Source: a bacterium
Lineage (GTDB): Bacteria; Bacillota_I; Bacilli_A; RFN20; CAG-826
Assembly (NCBI GenBank): GCA_963617535.1
Contig: CAVEPD010000005.1
Span: 20 to 64,019, forward strand
Direction: 5' to 3'
DNA: 64,000 nt
The notes below the pieces were generated by a model that worked only from the letters and a program-made list of their open reading frames with translations, did no database searches and was not told where the DNA came from. Positions 1-8,732 of the stretch are shown here, one piece after another (within the stretch, counting starts at the first letter, position 1; every line of letters begins with the position of its first letter). The translations under genes and the position numbers were made by a program.

Positions 1-66
1 ACGCAAGGGACTTAAAATCCCTCGGGTGATGAGCCCATGCCGGTTCGAGTCCGGCAACCCGCACCA
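1..66 (+). tRNA. tRNA-Leu (anticodon UAA), 3' portion only; the 5' end lies upstream of the window
   Basis: Anticodon stem AGGGA/TCCCT with loop CTTAAAA (anticodon TAA). Long variable arm. T-arm GCCGG-TTCGAGT-CCGGC. Acceptor 3' strand AACCCGC, discriminator A and an encoded CCA ending at nt 66. Confidence 0.8.
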
Positions 67-80
67 CCACTTTATTGCTT

Positions 81-100
81 CCGGCTTAGGCCGGTTTTTT
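81..100 (+). terminator. Rho-independent terminator after the tRNA
   Basis: Hairpin CCGGC-TTAG-GCCGG followed by TTTTTT. Confidence 0.7.
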
Positions 101-145
101 ATTTCTTTTAGCTTCGTCGAAGTCAAAAAATATTTCTAATGTTTT

Positions 146-760
146 TCACTTTTCTTCCCAAGGGACACCCATTTGGGAGTCGATGAATTTCCTAAGCCGG
201 AAACCCGTGAGAGTGGCAAGAGCAATTTTCAAAGCATCCCCGGGCAAAAAGGGCACAACGCAGAGCATCATCGCTTTAGCGAAGTCGTAATTGCCTTTGC
301 CATAAATCAAGAACCATCCCGTTCCAAAAGCGTAAAGGACAATGGTACCCGCGACCATCGCGATGGGATAAATCCAGATTTTTTTCTTCCATTTTCCGAT
401 AAGCAAAGTCTCGATAAGAACGCAGGGAACATAGCCGATCAAAAAACCGCCGGTAGGACCCGCAAGAACTTGGAAACCACCTTGGAACTTGGAGAAAATC
501 GGCATTCCAGCCATCCCCAAGAGCAAATACAAAAGGACAATCGGCACCGAGATTTTCCAAGAGAAAACGGCGCCAAGAAGATATACAACGAAAGTAGCCA
601 ACGTAATCGCGACCGGTTCGATGGGGATCGAAATTGGAGAGAGCACGCACATCAATGCGGTGAAAATCGCGATGATGCACATGATGTGAATTCTGTTTGT
701 CGAAAGCGAATCCTGTTTGTTTCGCTTATTAGCCTTCTTATCCGTTTCTTTCTCCGCCAT
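146..760 (-). CDS. bioY: BioY-family biotin transporter S-component (the ORF extends to 925; the start at 760 is preferred)
   Basis: Six-TM protein with BioY-like motifs GPTGGFLIGY and PFLPGDALK. The ATG at 760 lies 9 nt downstream of a TATCAT -10 box. The 19-mer around this start is nearly identical to the one at the XRE gene start (4688-4706). The longer 259-aa form would leave only 61 bp for two divergent promoters. Confidence 0.75.
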   Translation of the reverse strand: MAEKETDKKANKRNKQDSLSTNRIHIMCIIAIFTALMCVLSPISIPIEPVAITLATFVVYLLGAVFSWKISVPIVLLYLLLGMAGMPIFSKFQGGFQVLAGPTGGFLIGYVPCVLIETLLIGKWKKKIWIYPIAMVAGTIVLYAFGTGWFLIYGKGNYDFAKAMMLCVVPFLPGDALKIALATLTGFRLRKFIDSQMGVPWEEK

Positions 761-928
761 AGCGGCAAAATGATACTCTCCAAAAGCATTGGTAAAAAGG
801 TATTCTTCGTTTACGGTTCCGCTCCATCTAAAAACAAACGAGGCAATTGAACTCATCACAAAAATAGTCACTATGAACGCAAAAGACCAAGATTGGCTTG
901 CAAGCTTTAAATATTTGGCACTCATGGC

Positions 929-956
929 TTGACAGTGCTAAATAATTGACTAAATT
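929..956 (+). promoter_or_regulatory. Putative sigma-70-type promoter of htpG
   Basis: TTGACA (929-934), 16-nt spacer, TAAATT (951-956). Weak SD GAAAGGA ahead of the ATG at 987. Confidence 0.4.
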
Positions 957-986
957 ACTAATCGTGAATTCGAAAGGACAATTCAA

Positions 987-2906
987 ATGAAAGAAGAAAA
1001 AGAATTCCAAGCTGAGTCCAAGCAGTTGCTTGACCTCATGATCAACAGCATTTATTCCAACAAAGAAATTTTCCTGAGGGAAATCGTCTCAAACGCGAGC
1101 GACGCGATTGACAAATATCGTTTCCTCTCCCTCACTGATTCGGCGAATTACCCCACCTCAAATGGGGAAATCCGCATCGAGAAAGACGAGAAAGCTAAAA
1201 CCATCTCCATCACCGACAACGGCATCGGCATGTCGAAAGAGGACATGGAGACGAATCTGGGCACCATAGCAAAATCCGGTTCCAAAGACTTCGCGAAAAA
1301 ATACCAGGAAGCCAAGCAGGCAGAGGATCTTTCCATCATCGGCCAATTCGGCGTCGGCTTCTACTCCTCCTTTATGGTCGCCGATTCCGTCGAAGTCTTG
1401 TCTAAACCCCATAACGGCGAAGCTCATCGCTTCCTCTCTTCGGGGAAAGACACCTACACGATCGAGGATGCGACCGCTGACTTTGATCACGGAACCAAAG
1501 TAACCATCCATTTAAAAGACGATGCCGAAGGAGAAAAATACGCCACCTACCTCCAGGATTGGAAGATTGAGGAACTTATCCGCAAGTATTCCGACTACAT
1601 TCGTTATCCGATCAAGATGATGGAAAGCCACCAAGAACCGGACAAAGACGAAAACGGGAAAGAAATTGAAGGCAAGAGCCATGAGGTTCAAGAAGACAAG
1701 ATCTTGAATTCCATGACCCCGCTTTGGAAAAAGAACGCCAAAGACGTAACCGAGCAGGAACTCAACGAGTTCTACAAGAGCAAATTCGATGATTATGAAG
1801 ACCCCCTCATCTCGCTTAACGTCCATATCGAGGGCCTCATCTCTTACGATGCGCTCGTCTATATTCCAGCTCACGCTCCTTATGATCTCTATTCCTCCTC
1901 ATACGAGAAGGGCCTCGCGCTTTATAGCAAGGGAATCTTCATCCAAGACAAATGCAAGGAGCTCATCCCCGACTTCTTGAAGTTCTGCCGTGGCTTAGTC
2001 GATTCGGAAGACTTTCCGCTCAACATTTCTCGCGAAATGCTGCAGAAATCTCCTCTAATGACCAAAATAGAAAGCTCTTTGGAAAAGAAAATTCTCGAGA
2101 AGCTCGCCTCCGTTCAAAAGAATGACAAGGAACGCTACAACAAATTCTTCAAGCTCTATGGCAACTACTTCAAGTACGGAATCTATTCCACCTACGGCAT
2201 GAAGAAAAACGACCTCCAAGATTTGCTTCAGTTCTCCTCCATCAATTCCGATGCCCCAATCTCTTTCAAGGATTACGTCGCTTCCATGAAAGAAGGCCAA
2301 AAAGATATCTTCTACGCTTCCGGCAAAAGCGCGGATGAGATCAAGATGCTACCCCAACTCGAAAAATTCAAAAAAGAGGGCATCGACGTCTTGATTCTCG
2401 ACCAGGAAATCGACGAATTCGCGATTATGGCCCTCATGGATTATGACAAGCATGGCTTCAAGAACATCGCCAGCGAAGACAAAGATTCATTGACGGACGA
2501 GGAGAAGAACAAACTCGATACCTTGACCGCAGATCACAAGAGAATCCTCGACGAGATGAAGACTGGGCTCGCCGGAAAAGTAGACGACGTCGCCTTCTCC
2601 ACAAAGCTAGTCGACTCTCCTGTTTGCATTACCACGAAAAACGGCATGTCGATGAACGTAGAACGCGTGCTCGATGAGCAGCCTGGCGCCACCGAAAACG
2701 AAAAGCCGAAAGCCACAAAAGTTCTGGAAATCAACGCAGAACACCCCTTATTCCAAGCGATTGCGACAATAAGCGATGATGCCGAAATCCAGAAATGCGG
2801 CAAATTGCTCTATGATGAGGCAATGCTTCTTGAAGGTTTCGAGATCGAAGACAAAAAACAATTTGTCGAAAATCTGAACTCCCTCATGATGAAAGCCTTC
2901 CATTGA
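987..2906 (+). CDS. htpG: Molecular chaperone HtpG (Hsp90 family)
   Basis: 639 aa. N-terminal GHKL ATPase motifs (EIFLREIVSNASDAIDK, DNGIGM, GQFGVGFYS) and full-length Hsp90 architecture. Confidence 0.95.
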   Translation: MKEEKEFQAESKQLLDLMINSIYSNKEIFLREIVSNASDAIDKYRFLSLTDSANYPTSNGEIRIEKDEKAKTISITDNGIGMSKEDMETNLGTIAKSGSKDFAKKYQEAKQAEDLSIIGQFGVGFYSSFMVADSVEVLSKPHNGEAHRFLSSGKDTYTIEDATADFDHGTKVTIHLKDDAEGEKYATYLQDWKIEELIRKYSDYIRYPIKMMESHQEPDKDENGKEIEGKSHEVQEDKILNSMTPLWKKNAKDVTEQELNEFYKSKFDDYEDPLISLNVHIEGLISYDALVYIPAHAPYDLYSSSYEKGLALYSKGIFIQDKCKELIPDFLKFCRGLVDSEDFPLNISREMLQKSPLMTKIESSLEKKILEKLASVQKNDKERYNKFFKLYGNYFKYGIYSTYGMKKNDLQDLLQFSSINSDAPISFKDYVASMKEGQKDIFYASGKSADEIKMLPQLEKFKKEGIDVLILDQEIDEFAIMALMDYDKHGFKNIASEDKDSLTDEEKNKLDTLTADHKRILDEMKTGLAGKVDDVAFSTKLVDSPVCITTKNGMSMNVERVLDEQPGATENEKPKATKVLEINAEHPLFQAIATISDDAEIQKCGKLLYDEAMLLEGFEIEDKKQFVENLNSLMMKAFH

Positions 2907-2911
2907 TTGTG

Positions 2912-2940
2912 AGCCCGCCTGAAAAGGCGGGTTTTCATTT
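2912..2940 (+). terminator. Rho-independent terminator of htpG
   Basis: Hairpin CCCGCC-TGAAAA-GGCGGG followed by TTTTCATTT. Confidence 0.75.
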
Positions 2941-2986
2941 CTATCTTCTTAGATGTAATTCTCCTTTAACGTGATAGGATAGCCCC

Positions 2987-4453
2987 ATGGATTCAAAGGG
3001 GCAGAAAATCAAAGGATTGATTACATCCTTGCTGTCCTTATCGGTTTCTCTAGATGCGACTGTCTTTTTCGTTTTCCTTCCCGTTTTTAACATCGAATTG
3101 ATGCTCCCTTCCTTATTCATCGCTAGTTATTTCTTTTTCGAAGCCGCGGGAAGGATTTACTCGATGTCTTACACGCTTGCTAATCGCCGCTTAGAAGGCG
3201 AAGCAAAGGAAAAAGCAAAAGCCCATCTAGCGCTTTTCATGGGCGTAGCCGAAACCATCTATCCAATCCCTTGGATCCTTGCGATGGTCCTCCTGTCCTA
3301 TGAAGCAAATAATTATGCAATTTTGGCATTTCTTCTTTTCAAAATCTCCGCAGAAATCGCTTTATCTTTCGTCCGCTATCTCCCCCGTCATAAAAAACGG
3401 ATTACGATGGCTAGCGAAAATCTTTGTTCATTCTGCGCCTGCTGTTCTCTATTCCTAGGCCTTCTTCTCTATTTTCTCTGCTCAAAAGGCATAATGGACA
3501 AAAGCCTCGCGGATGCTTTGACGGGCGTTTTCTTTTTGGTTTTCTTCTTTGCCCAAAACGTTTTCTTCTCAATCTTGCTTTTGCAAGGCGGAACCATTTC
3601 ACGAATTAAGAAAATGGTTAATTTCGGAGTGAGGCACAGCATTGGAAATTACATAGTTGTGACCTCTTCCTTAATGACGGTTCTAATCTCGGTTGCTTCT
3701 GCAATAAAAGACCAGAGCTTTGCTTATGTGGGAATTGCCATTATTTATCTCTCACTTGGGGCAATTAGACTGAGCGCGCTCCTATGGAAAAACGCCATCC
3801 ACCGCAATATTTACAACAAAAGACTTGCCGAGGCCTCCGAAAACAATATTTTGGTTTACGTAGGATTCGCTTTGTCCGCGTTAAGCGTTCTTTTCTCTTT
3901 GGGCATTTTTTGGATTAGCAAGCAAAAGATGCAAGCAAGCGCCACATTTGTTTTGGTGATTCAAATAGCCCATGGCTTATTCCGTTTTGCCATCTGCATC
4001 AAAAACTACGTGAATTATCAGAAGAAAAATCAGCCATTCAGCATCGCGGTTGCTTCCCTAGATATGTTGATCGGCGTCTATTCTTTGTTCTCTCTATTCT
4101 TGCTTATTAACATCTATCTCAACTTCTCTTGGCTAGAAACTCTCGTTTTCATCTTAACGTGGGCGACTTTCGCAGGAACTCTCTCGCTTGGAGCAATCAT
4201 GATTTGGCTAGGCTTCAAAGGTCGACTTGAGGCAAAGAAACTTGCCAAAGAAATCCAGGCGAACTCAAAAGCCCTCCAAACCATTCTCGAAAAGAAAGGT
4301 CTAGAGAAAGCCGCCGTAAATAAGGAACAATTTTCAGAACTGATAAAAGACTCAAAGTTCACCAATGTTTTATTAGACATCGAAAGCTTAGGCGCAGCCT
4401 CTAAAGAAGAGGAAGGGCTGCTCGAAATGAATGAAGCCGGTAAAAAGGTTTAA
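2987..4453 (+). CDS. Polytopic membrane protein of unknown function (about 12 hydrophobic segments, charged coiled C-terminal tail)
   Basis: 488-aa ORF with long runs of hydrophobic segments. I recognise no family motif. Visibly more AT-rich than its neighbours. Confidence 0.6.
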   Translation: MDSKGQKIKGLITSLLSLSVSLDATVFFVFLPVFNIELMLPSLFIASYFFFEAAGRIYSMSYTLANRRLEGEAKEKAKAHLALFMGVAETIYPIPWILAMVLLSYEANNYAILAFLLFKISAEIALSFVRYLPRHKKRITMASENLCSFCACCSLFLGLLLYFLCSKGIMDKSLADALTGVFFLVFFFAQNVFFSILLLQGGTISRIKKMVNFGVRHSIGNYIVVTSSLMTVLISVASAIKDQSFAYVGIAIIYLSLGAIRLSALLWKNAIHRNIYNKRLAEASENNILVYVGFALSALSVLFSLGIFWISKQKMQASATFVLVIQIAHGLFRFAICIKNYVNYQKKNQPFSIAVASLDMLIGVYSLFSLFLLINIYLNFSWLETLVFILTWATFAGTLSLGAIMIWLGFKGRLEAKKLAKEIQANSKALQTILEKKGLEKAAVNKEQFSELIKDSKFTNVLLDIESLGAASKEEEGLLEMNEAGKKV

Positions 4454-4664
4454 TTGCTTTGCTAAAATAAAATCAAAGAAATGGAGCAACGAAACAAAAA
4501 ATATGTTTTGTTTTTCAAATGTCCGATTATCGTTTTTTGATATTGTTAAAAAATGGGAAACCTTAAATAATGCTTCGTTTTAGTTCGTTATTTCCGATTA
4601 TTTTTAAATTTATACTGATCCATTTGCCGCAAAAAGCAAAAATAACTTTCTTGGAAAAGATGTT

Positions 4665-4693
4665 TTGATAATTTTAGAATCGCGGTGTATCAT
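4665..4693 (+). promoter_or_regulatory. Promoter of the XRE-type regulator; predicts a (near-)leaderless mRNA
   Basis: TTGATA (4665-4670), 17-nt spacer, TATCAT (4688-4693). The ATG at 4703 is only 9 nt downstream and has no SD. Confidence 0.5.
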
Positions 4694-4702
4694 CAAGCCG
4701 CT

Positions 4703-5026
4703 ATGGACAAAGATGAAACCTACTCCTTAATTATCAAAGCCTTGGTCAACGAACGCGGCATGACCTTGGAGCAAATCGCGCGCGAAGGCAATTTCAGTCT
4801 TCAAAGCATGTACAACTGGGAAAACGGCGACCATCTCCCGCAGTTCTCCAAAAGGGAAAAGCTAAAGGAAATCGCAAAAGCCCACAATGTTACCAACATT
4901 CTCAGCAGTCTTGATCTGACTTGTCTTTCCTCCGGCGCTCGAGCAATCATGGTCAGCCTCTATGAGTATCTGCTGAAAGAAGAAGAGCTTCATAGAAGTG
5001 AAGAAAGCAAAATCAAGGAAAAATAA
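4703..5026 (+). CDS. XRE-family helix-turn-helix transcriptional regulator (alternative GTG start at 4685)
   Basis: HTH_3-like segment GMTLEQIAREGNFSLQSMYNWENGDHLP in the N-terminal half. 107 aa. Confidence 0.7.
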   Translation: MDKDETYSLIIKALVNERGMTLEQIAREGNFSLQSMYNWENGDHLPQFSKREKLKEIAKAHNVTNILSSLDLTCLSSGARAIMVSLYEYLLKEEELHRSEESKIKEK

Positions 5027-5043
5027 CTTACAGCAAAGCAAAA

Positions 5044-5070
5044 GAAAAAGCCCAGCGATGGGCTTTTTCT
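5044..5070. terminator. Bidirectional Rho-independent terminator between the convergent XRE and pepF-like genes
   Basis: AAAAA-AGCCCA-GCGA-TGGGCT-TTTTT. Confidence 0.75.
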
Positions 5071-6780
5071 TTAGTCTAGATTGTAGGATTTCAGAACCTT
5101 GATAAGGGGTTTGATCGCCTTTTCAACGACCCCGGGCTCAAAGGGATCTTTCATATGATCTTTCACGACCAAGGTACGGAAGGGGTACTTGCCGCCCATC
5201 TTGCAGAGTTTCAGATATCGATTCCATGCAAGCTTATGATTCTTGCGATCCAAATTGAAAAATTCGAACGCCATGACTTGGGCTAGCGTGTAATCGATAT
5301 AGTAGAAAGGCACATCAAAGATATGGCTTTGCAGGAGCCAACGATGACCGCTTTCGAGATAGTCGCATCCTTTATAGAGTGCTGCCTTATACGGGGTGTA
5401 TTTGTTCTCAAGTTCAACCCATTTGGCATCCCTTTCCTCTTTGCTGGCATCGGGATTGTCATAAACCCAATGTTGGAATTCATCGACCGTCACGCCATAA
5501 GGAAGGAAAGTAATGGCGTCCGCCAAATGAACATACCGATATTTATTCGGCTCATCGAAGAAAAGATTCATCCAAGGTTCGGCGAAGAATTCCATGGACA
5601 TCGAATCGATTTCGCAAGCTTCCATCGTCGGGGAACGGTATTCCGGAATCTTGATGCATCTAGCCATATAAGCCTGGAAACTGTGTCCGAATTCATGCGT
5701 TAAAACATCCACGTCCCCGCTGGTTCCGTTGAAATTCGAGAAAATGAAAGGAATCCCATAGGTCGGGAAATAAGTCATATATCCTCCCGATTGCTTGCCG
5801 GGTTTCGCTTCTAAATCCATCACGCCATGATCATCCATATAGCGGAAGAAGTAGCTTGTCTCCGGGGAAAGCTCATCATACATTTTCTTTGCATTCTCGA
5901 CCTTGTCTCTGGTGCTGCCTTTCGGAAGAGGGTTCCCTTCTTTGAAGGAGAGGCCCATATCATAGACTTTGGGGGAACGAATGCCCGTTCTCTTGAACTG
6001 GGCCTTCATGATTTTGGATGCGATCGGAGTCACGAACTCGTTAATTTGCTCGCGATACCTCTTGATGTCCTCTTTGTTGTAATCAAAACGACTCATCTTA
6101 AGGTAGGCAAGGTCCGTATAGGAAGAATAGCCCATCTTCTTAGCCATTCTCGTGCGGACTTTGACGAGTTTGTCGTATATGTCTTCCGCTTTGTCTTTGA
6201 TGTTCGCATCAAGATAGGAGTAATAGGCATCCGCAGCCTCTTTTCTAGTCTCCCTATCCACGTCTTGCAAGAACTTGGCCATTTGAGGAAGGTTATAGAC
6301 TTCTCCGCGGAAAGGAACCTTCGCAGAAGCAATCAAGGCATCGTATTCCATGGTGAGCTTGCTCTCTTCCACCGCTTCCTCAATCACCTTTTCGTCAAAT
6401 GATTTCAGCTGATAGTCCATCATCGTGAACAAGAAGGAACCAAGCTTCTCTTCCAAGAAAGAACGATAAGGGCTGTTTAGAAGCGCCTCGTTCCATTTAT
6501 TCTCTTCCGCCTGGATAAGGGGCATGCCTTCATTGAGGACGTTCATGGCGTCTTCGTACTTCTTATTTGTCGTATCCAAAGAATACAGAACGGAAATATG
6601 AGTGCTCTCATTTCCAATAGAATCCATGGCTTTTGCGTGCTTTTTGACAATGGAAAGGGCTTCTTCTCCGCTTTTCGCATCTTTCAAAGCAGCGGTGAAA
6701 GCCTTCACCTTTTCAACCGCTTTTTTGATGGAAGGAACCTTAAAAGGCCATTCCTCAAATCTCTTTAGTTCTTTGCTCAT
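5071..6780 (-). CDS. M3B-family oligoendopeptidase (PepF-like)
   Basis: 569 aa with the zinc motif HEFGH and overall PepF/M3 thimet-like layout. Confidence 0.85.
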   Translation of the reverse strand: MSKELKRFEEWPFKVPSIKKAVEKVKAFTAALKDAKSGEEALSIVKKHAKAMDSIGNESTHISVLYSLDTTNKKYEDAMNVLNEGMPLIQAEENKWNEALLNSPYRSFLEEKLGSFLFTMMDYQLKSFDEKVIEEAVEESKLTMEYDALIASAKVPFRGEVYNLPQMAKFLQDVDRETRKEAADAYYSYLDANIKDKAEDIYDKLVKVRTRMAKKMGYSSYTDLAYLKMSRFDYNKEDIKRYREQINEFVTPIASKIMKAQFKRTGIRSPKVYDMGLSFKEGNPLPKGSTRDKVENAKKMYDELSPETSYFFRYMDDHGVMDLEAKPGKQSGGYMTYFPTYGIPFIFSNFNGTSGDVDVLTHEFGHSFQAYMARCIKIPEYRSPTMEACEIDSMSMEFFAEPWMNLFFDEPNKYRYVHLADAITFLPYGVTVDEFQHWVYDNPDASKEERDAKWVELENKYTPYKAALYKGCDYLESGHRWLLQSHIFDVPFYYIDYTLAQVMAFEFFNLDRKNHKLAWNRYLKLCKMGGKYPFRTLVVKDHMKDPFEPGVVEKAIKPLIKVLKSYNLD

Positions 6781-6785
6781 ACAGC

Positions 6786-7157
6786 TTACCTCTCAATGAA
6801 CTCGACTTTGCGCATTTTGGGTTTCTTCGTCTTCGTTGAAAGCCAATCCAAGCACTCTTTCGCTTCTTCTTCGCATTCAGGGTTTAAGGACAAAAAGTAA
6901 TCCTTGCCCCTGGAGGAATAGGAAGAGAATAGAACGTTAAGGTCGATAAGCTTATTAATAGAAGCCTTTCCCCTTCTTGAAGAAAGGGAGGAAAGGGAAG
7001 AAAAGCTAATAAACGACGCATAGTCATTTGCCTCTATGGATCCTTGAAGAAGGTGGACAAGGCCGTCTTCGCTGCAAAGCACTCCAACGCTAGAGAGCTC
7101 ATAAACTGCAGCAATGATTTTCTTTTGTAGAACCGTTCTGCCTTTTTCTTTCCCCAT
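6786..7157 (-). CDS. Small hypothetical protein, possibly an RQC-like winged helix (start uncertain: 7157, 7169 or 7292)
   Basis: The ORF ends 6 nt before the pepF-like start. The longest form overlaps the divergent NifU-like gene. TATAAT lies 10 nt upstream of the ATG at 7157. The fold assignment is only a pattern impression (VYEL..VHLLQGS..INKLIDLNVL). Confidence 0.4.
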   Translation of the reverse strand: MGKEKGRTVLQKKIIAAVYELSSVGVLCSEDGLVHLLQGSIEANDYASFISFSSLSSLSSRRGKASINKLIDLNVLFSSYSSRGKDYFLSLNPECEEEAKECLDWLSTKTKKPKMRKVEFIER

Positions 7158-7210
7158 GGGCGCGGACATTATATTGCAGGAAGGAAAATAACAAACAAAA
7201 AGCGTATGAT

Positions 7211-7238
7211 TTGCAACGGGAAAATCCCTGACTACAAT
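7211..7238 (+). promoter_or_regulatory. Promoter of the NifU-like gene
   Basis: TTGCAA, 16-nt spacer, TACAAT. The ATG at 7255 is 16 nt downstream with no SD. Confidence 0.5.
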
Positions 7239-7254
7239 AGCGGACGAAAATTTT

Positions 7255-7557
7255 ATGGAAGACTCAACGGAAAAGCTCATCTTGGCAACCATCGATAAGG
7301 TGCGTCCATTTCTTCAACGCGATGGAGGCGATATCGACTATATCGGCTTCCGCGATGGCATTGTTTATCTCACGATGACAGGTGCTTGCAGCGGCTGCAT
7401 GTATGCAGGCGAAGACATCTCAGCTGGGGTTGAAATCATATTGATGGAAGAAGTCCCAGGTGTCATGGCCGTGAAAACAGACGGCATACCCGAAGACATG
7501 ATGAGCGAGTATCTCGCGAAGAAGCAAGAAGCCGCCTTAAATAAAGCAGGAATCTGA
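7255..7557 (+). CDS. NifU C-terminal-domain (Nfu-type) Fe-S cluster carrier protein
   Basis: 100 aa with VRPFLQRDGGDIDY...TGACSGC, the characteristic Nfu CxxC region. Confidence 0.85.
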   Translation: MEDSTEKLILATIDKVRPFLQRDGGDIDYIGFRDGIVYLTMTGACSGCMYAGEDISAGVEIILMEEVPGVMAVKTDGIPEDMMSEYLAKKQEAALNKAGI

Positions 7558-7561
7558 GCAA

Positions 7562-7596
7562 GAAAAATCGGCGTCCACGAGGCGCCGATTTTCATT
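7562..7596. terminator. Bidirectional terminator between convergent genes
   Basis: AAAA-ATCGGCG-(loop)-CGCCGAT-TTTC. Confidence 0.7.
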
Positions 7597-7632
7597 TGAA
7601 AAGCGCGCCTTGCGACGCGCCTAATTTGTTCT

Positions 7633-7869
7633 TTAGTCGTTGGCCCAAAGAAGGTGCTTGTACAAAAGAACCCAAACGAGGTCGACCCAGCCAAGAATCG
7701 TGCCGGTAAACGGAATGATGGCAAGGATAAGCCCCAAAATGTTGTGGGTTCCCTTCGGACTCTCGATGACGGCGGTGATACGAACGACTAGTTCGACAAC
7801 CCAGTTAACGCCGGGGATGAGAAGAAGGATGAACTGAACAAGCCTAGGAAGACTGTTGAATGTTTTCAT
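7633..7869 (-). CDS. Small two-TM membrane protein, function unknown
   Basis: SD AAAGGAG lies 6 nt upstream of the ATG at 7869. 78 aa with two hydrophobic helices. Confidence 0.6.
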   Translation of the reverse strand: MKTFNSLPRLVQFILLLIPGVNWVVELVVRITAVIESPKGTHNILGLILAIIPFTGTILGWVDLVWVLLYKHLLWAND

Positions 7870-7929
7870 GGTGGCTCCTTTCGGGGTATAGAATAGACTT
7901 TTTTCGTTAAGATACAAGAACCAATAGAA

Positions 7930-8712
7930 TCACTTCAAAATGAGGTTTCCGATTTTGTTCGCGATGATGTAGCCTTCGCGGTTATAAACATCTTCACGGT
8001 TATAGCGGAAACGCTCGCCATTAGGCTGGACCATCGCCCCGCCGGCTTCGTGAATCAACAAATCTCCAGCGGCCACATCCCATTCTTTGGTGCCGCTAGA
8101 CATGCGATAGAAGAAATCGTAGTCCCCTTTAGCAATGACACAGAATTTATTCGCCGCGCCAATCGGGGTCGCTTCTCCCGCGAAACGATCCTTGTGCTTC
8201 TCGTAGAAAGACTTTTCCTTTTCGTTAAAGAAAGAAATGGAACGAACGGTTCTGAGGTCTTTATCTCTATTGGAACAATAGATCCTTTCGCAAGAATCTT
8301 TGCTCAAGCGGAAAGACCCTTTTCCTTTGACGGCGTAATAAAGGACGTTAAGCATCGGAACGTTGATGACTCCCACAACGATCTCATGGTCGACGGACAA
8401 AGCGATATTGGTTGTGAACTGGCCGTTGCGGCTAACAAATTCTTTTGTCCCATCCACAGGATCAACAATCCAAATGGCACGCTTTTTTAGTCTCTCTTTC
8501 GTATCGGCGCTTTCTTCGGTCAGAAATCCATAATCGGAGAATTCCTTCCCCAGATCCTCGCGGATCATGGCGTCCGCGGTTTTGTCCGCTAACGTAACGG
8601 GGGAATTATCTCCTTTGATTTCGACATCGAAATCGGTTTGATAGATTTCTTTGATTTTCACCTCGGCGCGTTTCGCGGCGCGAATCGCCGCATCAAGTTC
8701 TTTTTCGTACAT
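7930..8712 (-). CDS. Inositol monophosphatase / CysQ-family phosphatase (possible 3'(2'),5'-bisphosphate nucleotidase)
   Basis: IMPase-family motifs WIVDPVDGTKEF and EWDVAAG. Confidence 0.8.
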   Translation of the reverse strand: MYEKELDAAIRAAKRAEVKIKEIYQTDFDVEIKGDNSPVTLADKTADAMIREDLGKEFSDYGFLTEESADTKERLKKRAIWIVDPVDGTKEFVSRNGQFTTNIALSVDHEIVVGVINVPMLNVLYYAVKGKGSFRLSKDSCERIYCSNRDKDLRTVRSISFFNEKEKSFYEKHKDRFAGEATPIGAANKFCVIAKGDYDFFYRMSSGTKEWDVAAGDLLIHEAGGAMVQPNGERFRYNREDVYNREGYIIANKIGNLILK

Positions 8713-8732
8713 GTTTTCACCTCCAAAAGAAA

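Noticed and set aside
173-850. A 225-aa plus-strand ORF overlapping bioY.
   Set aside because: The opposite strand encodes a protein with clear BioY motifs. This ORF has no motifs and an arginine/lysine-rich composition typical of antisense frames.
926-945. A possible CIRCE heat-shock operator upstream of htpG (TTAGCACTG on the minus strand).
   Set aside because: Only one half-site-like 9-mer is present. There is no GAGTGCTAA partner at 9-nt spacing.
4481-4540. A 19-codon mini-ORF (MEQRNKKYVLFFKCPIIVF) in the AT-rich spacer.
   Set aside because: No SD or promoter support. Such ORFs arise by chance in AT-rich DNA.
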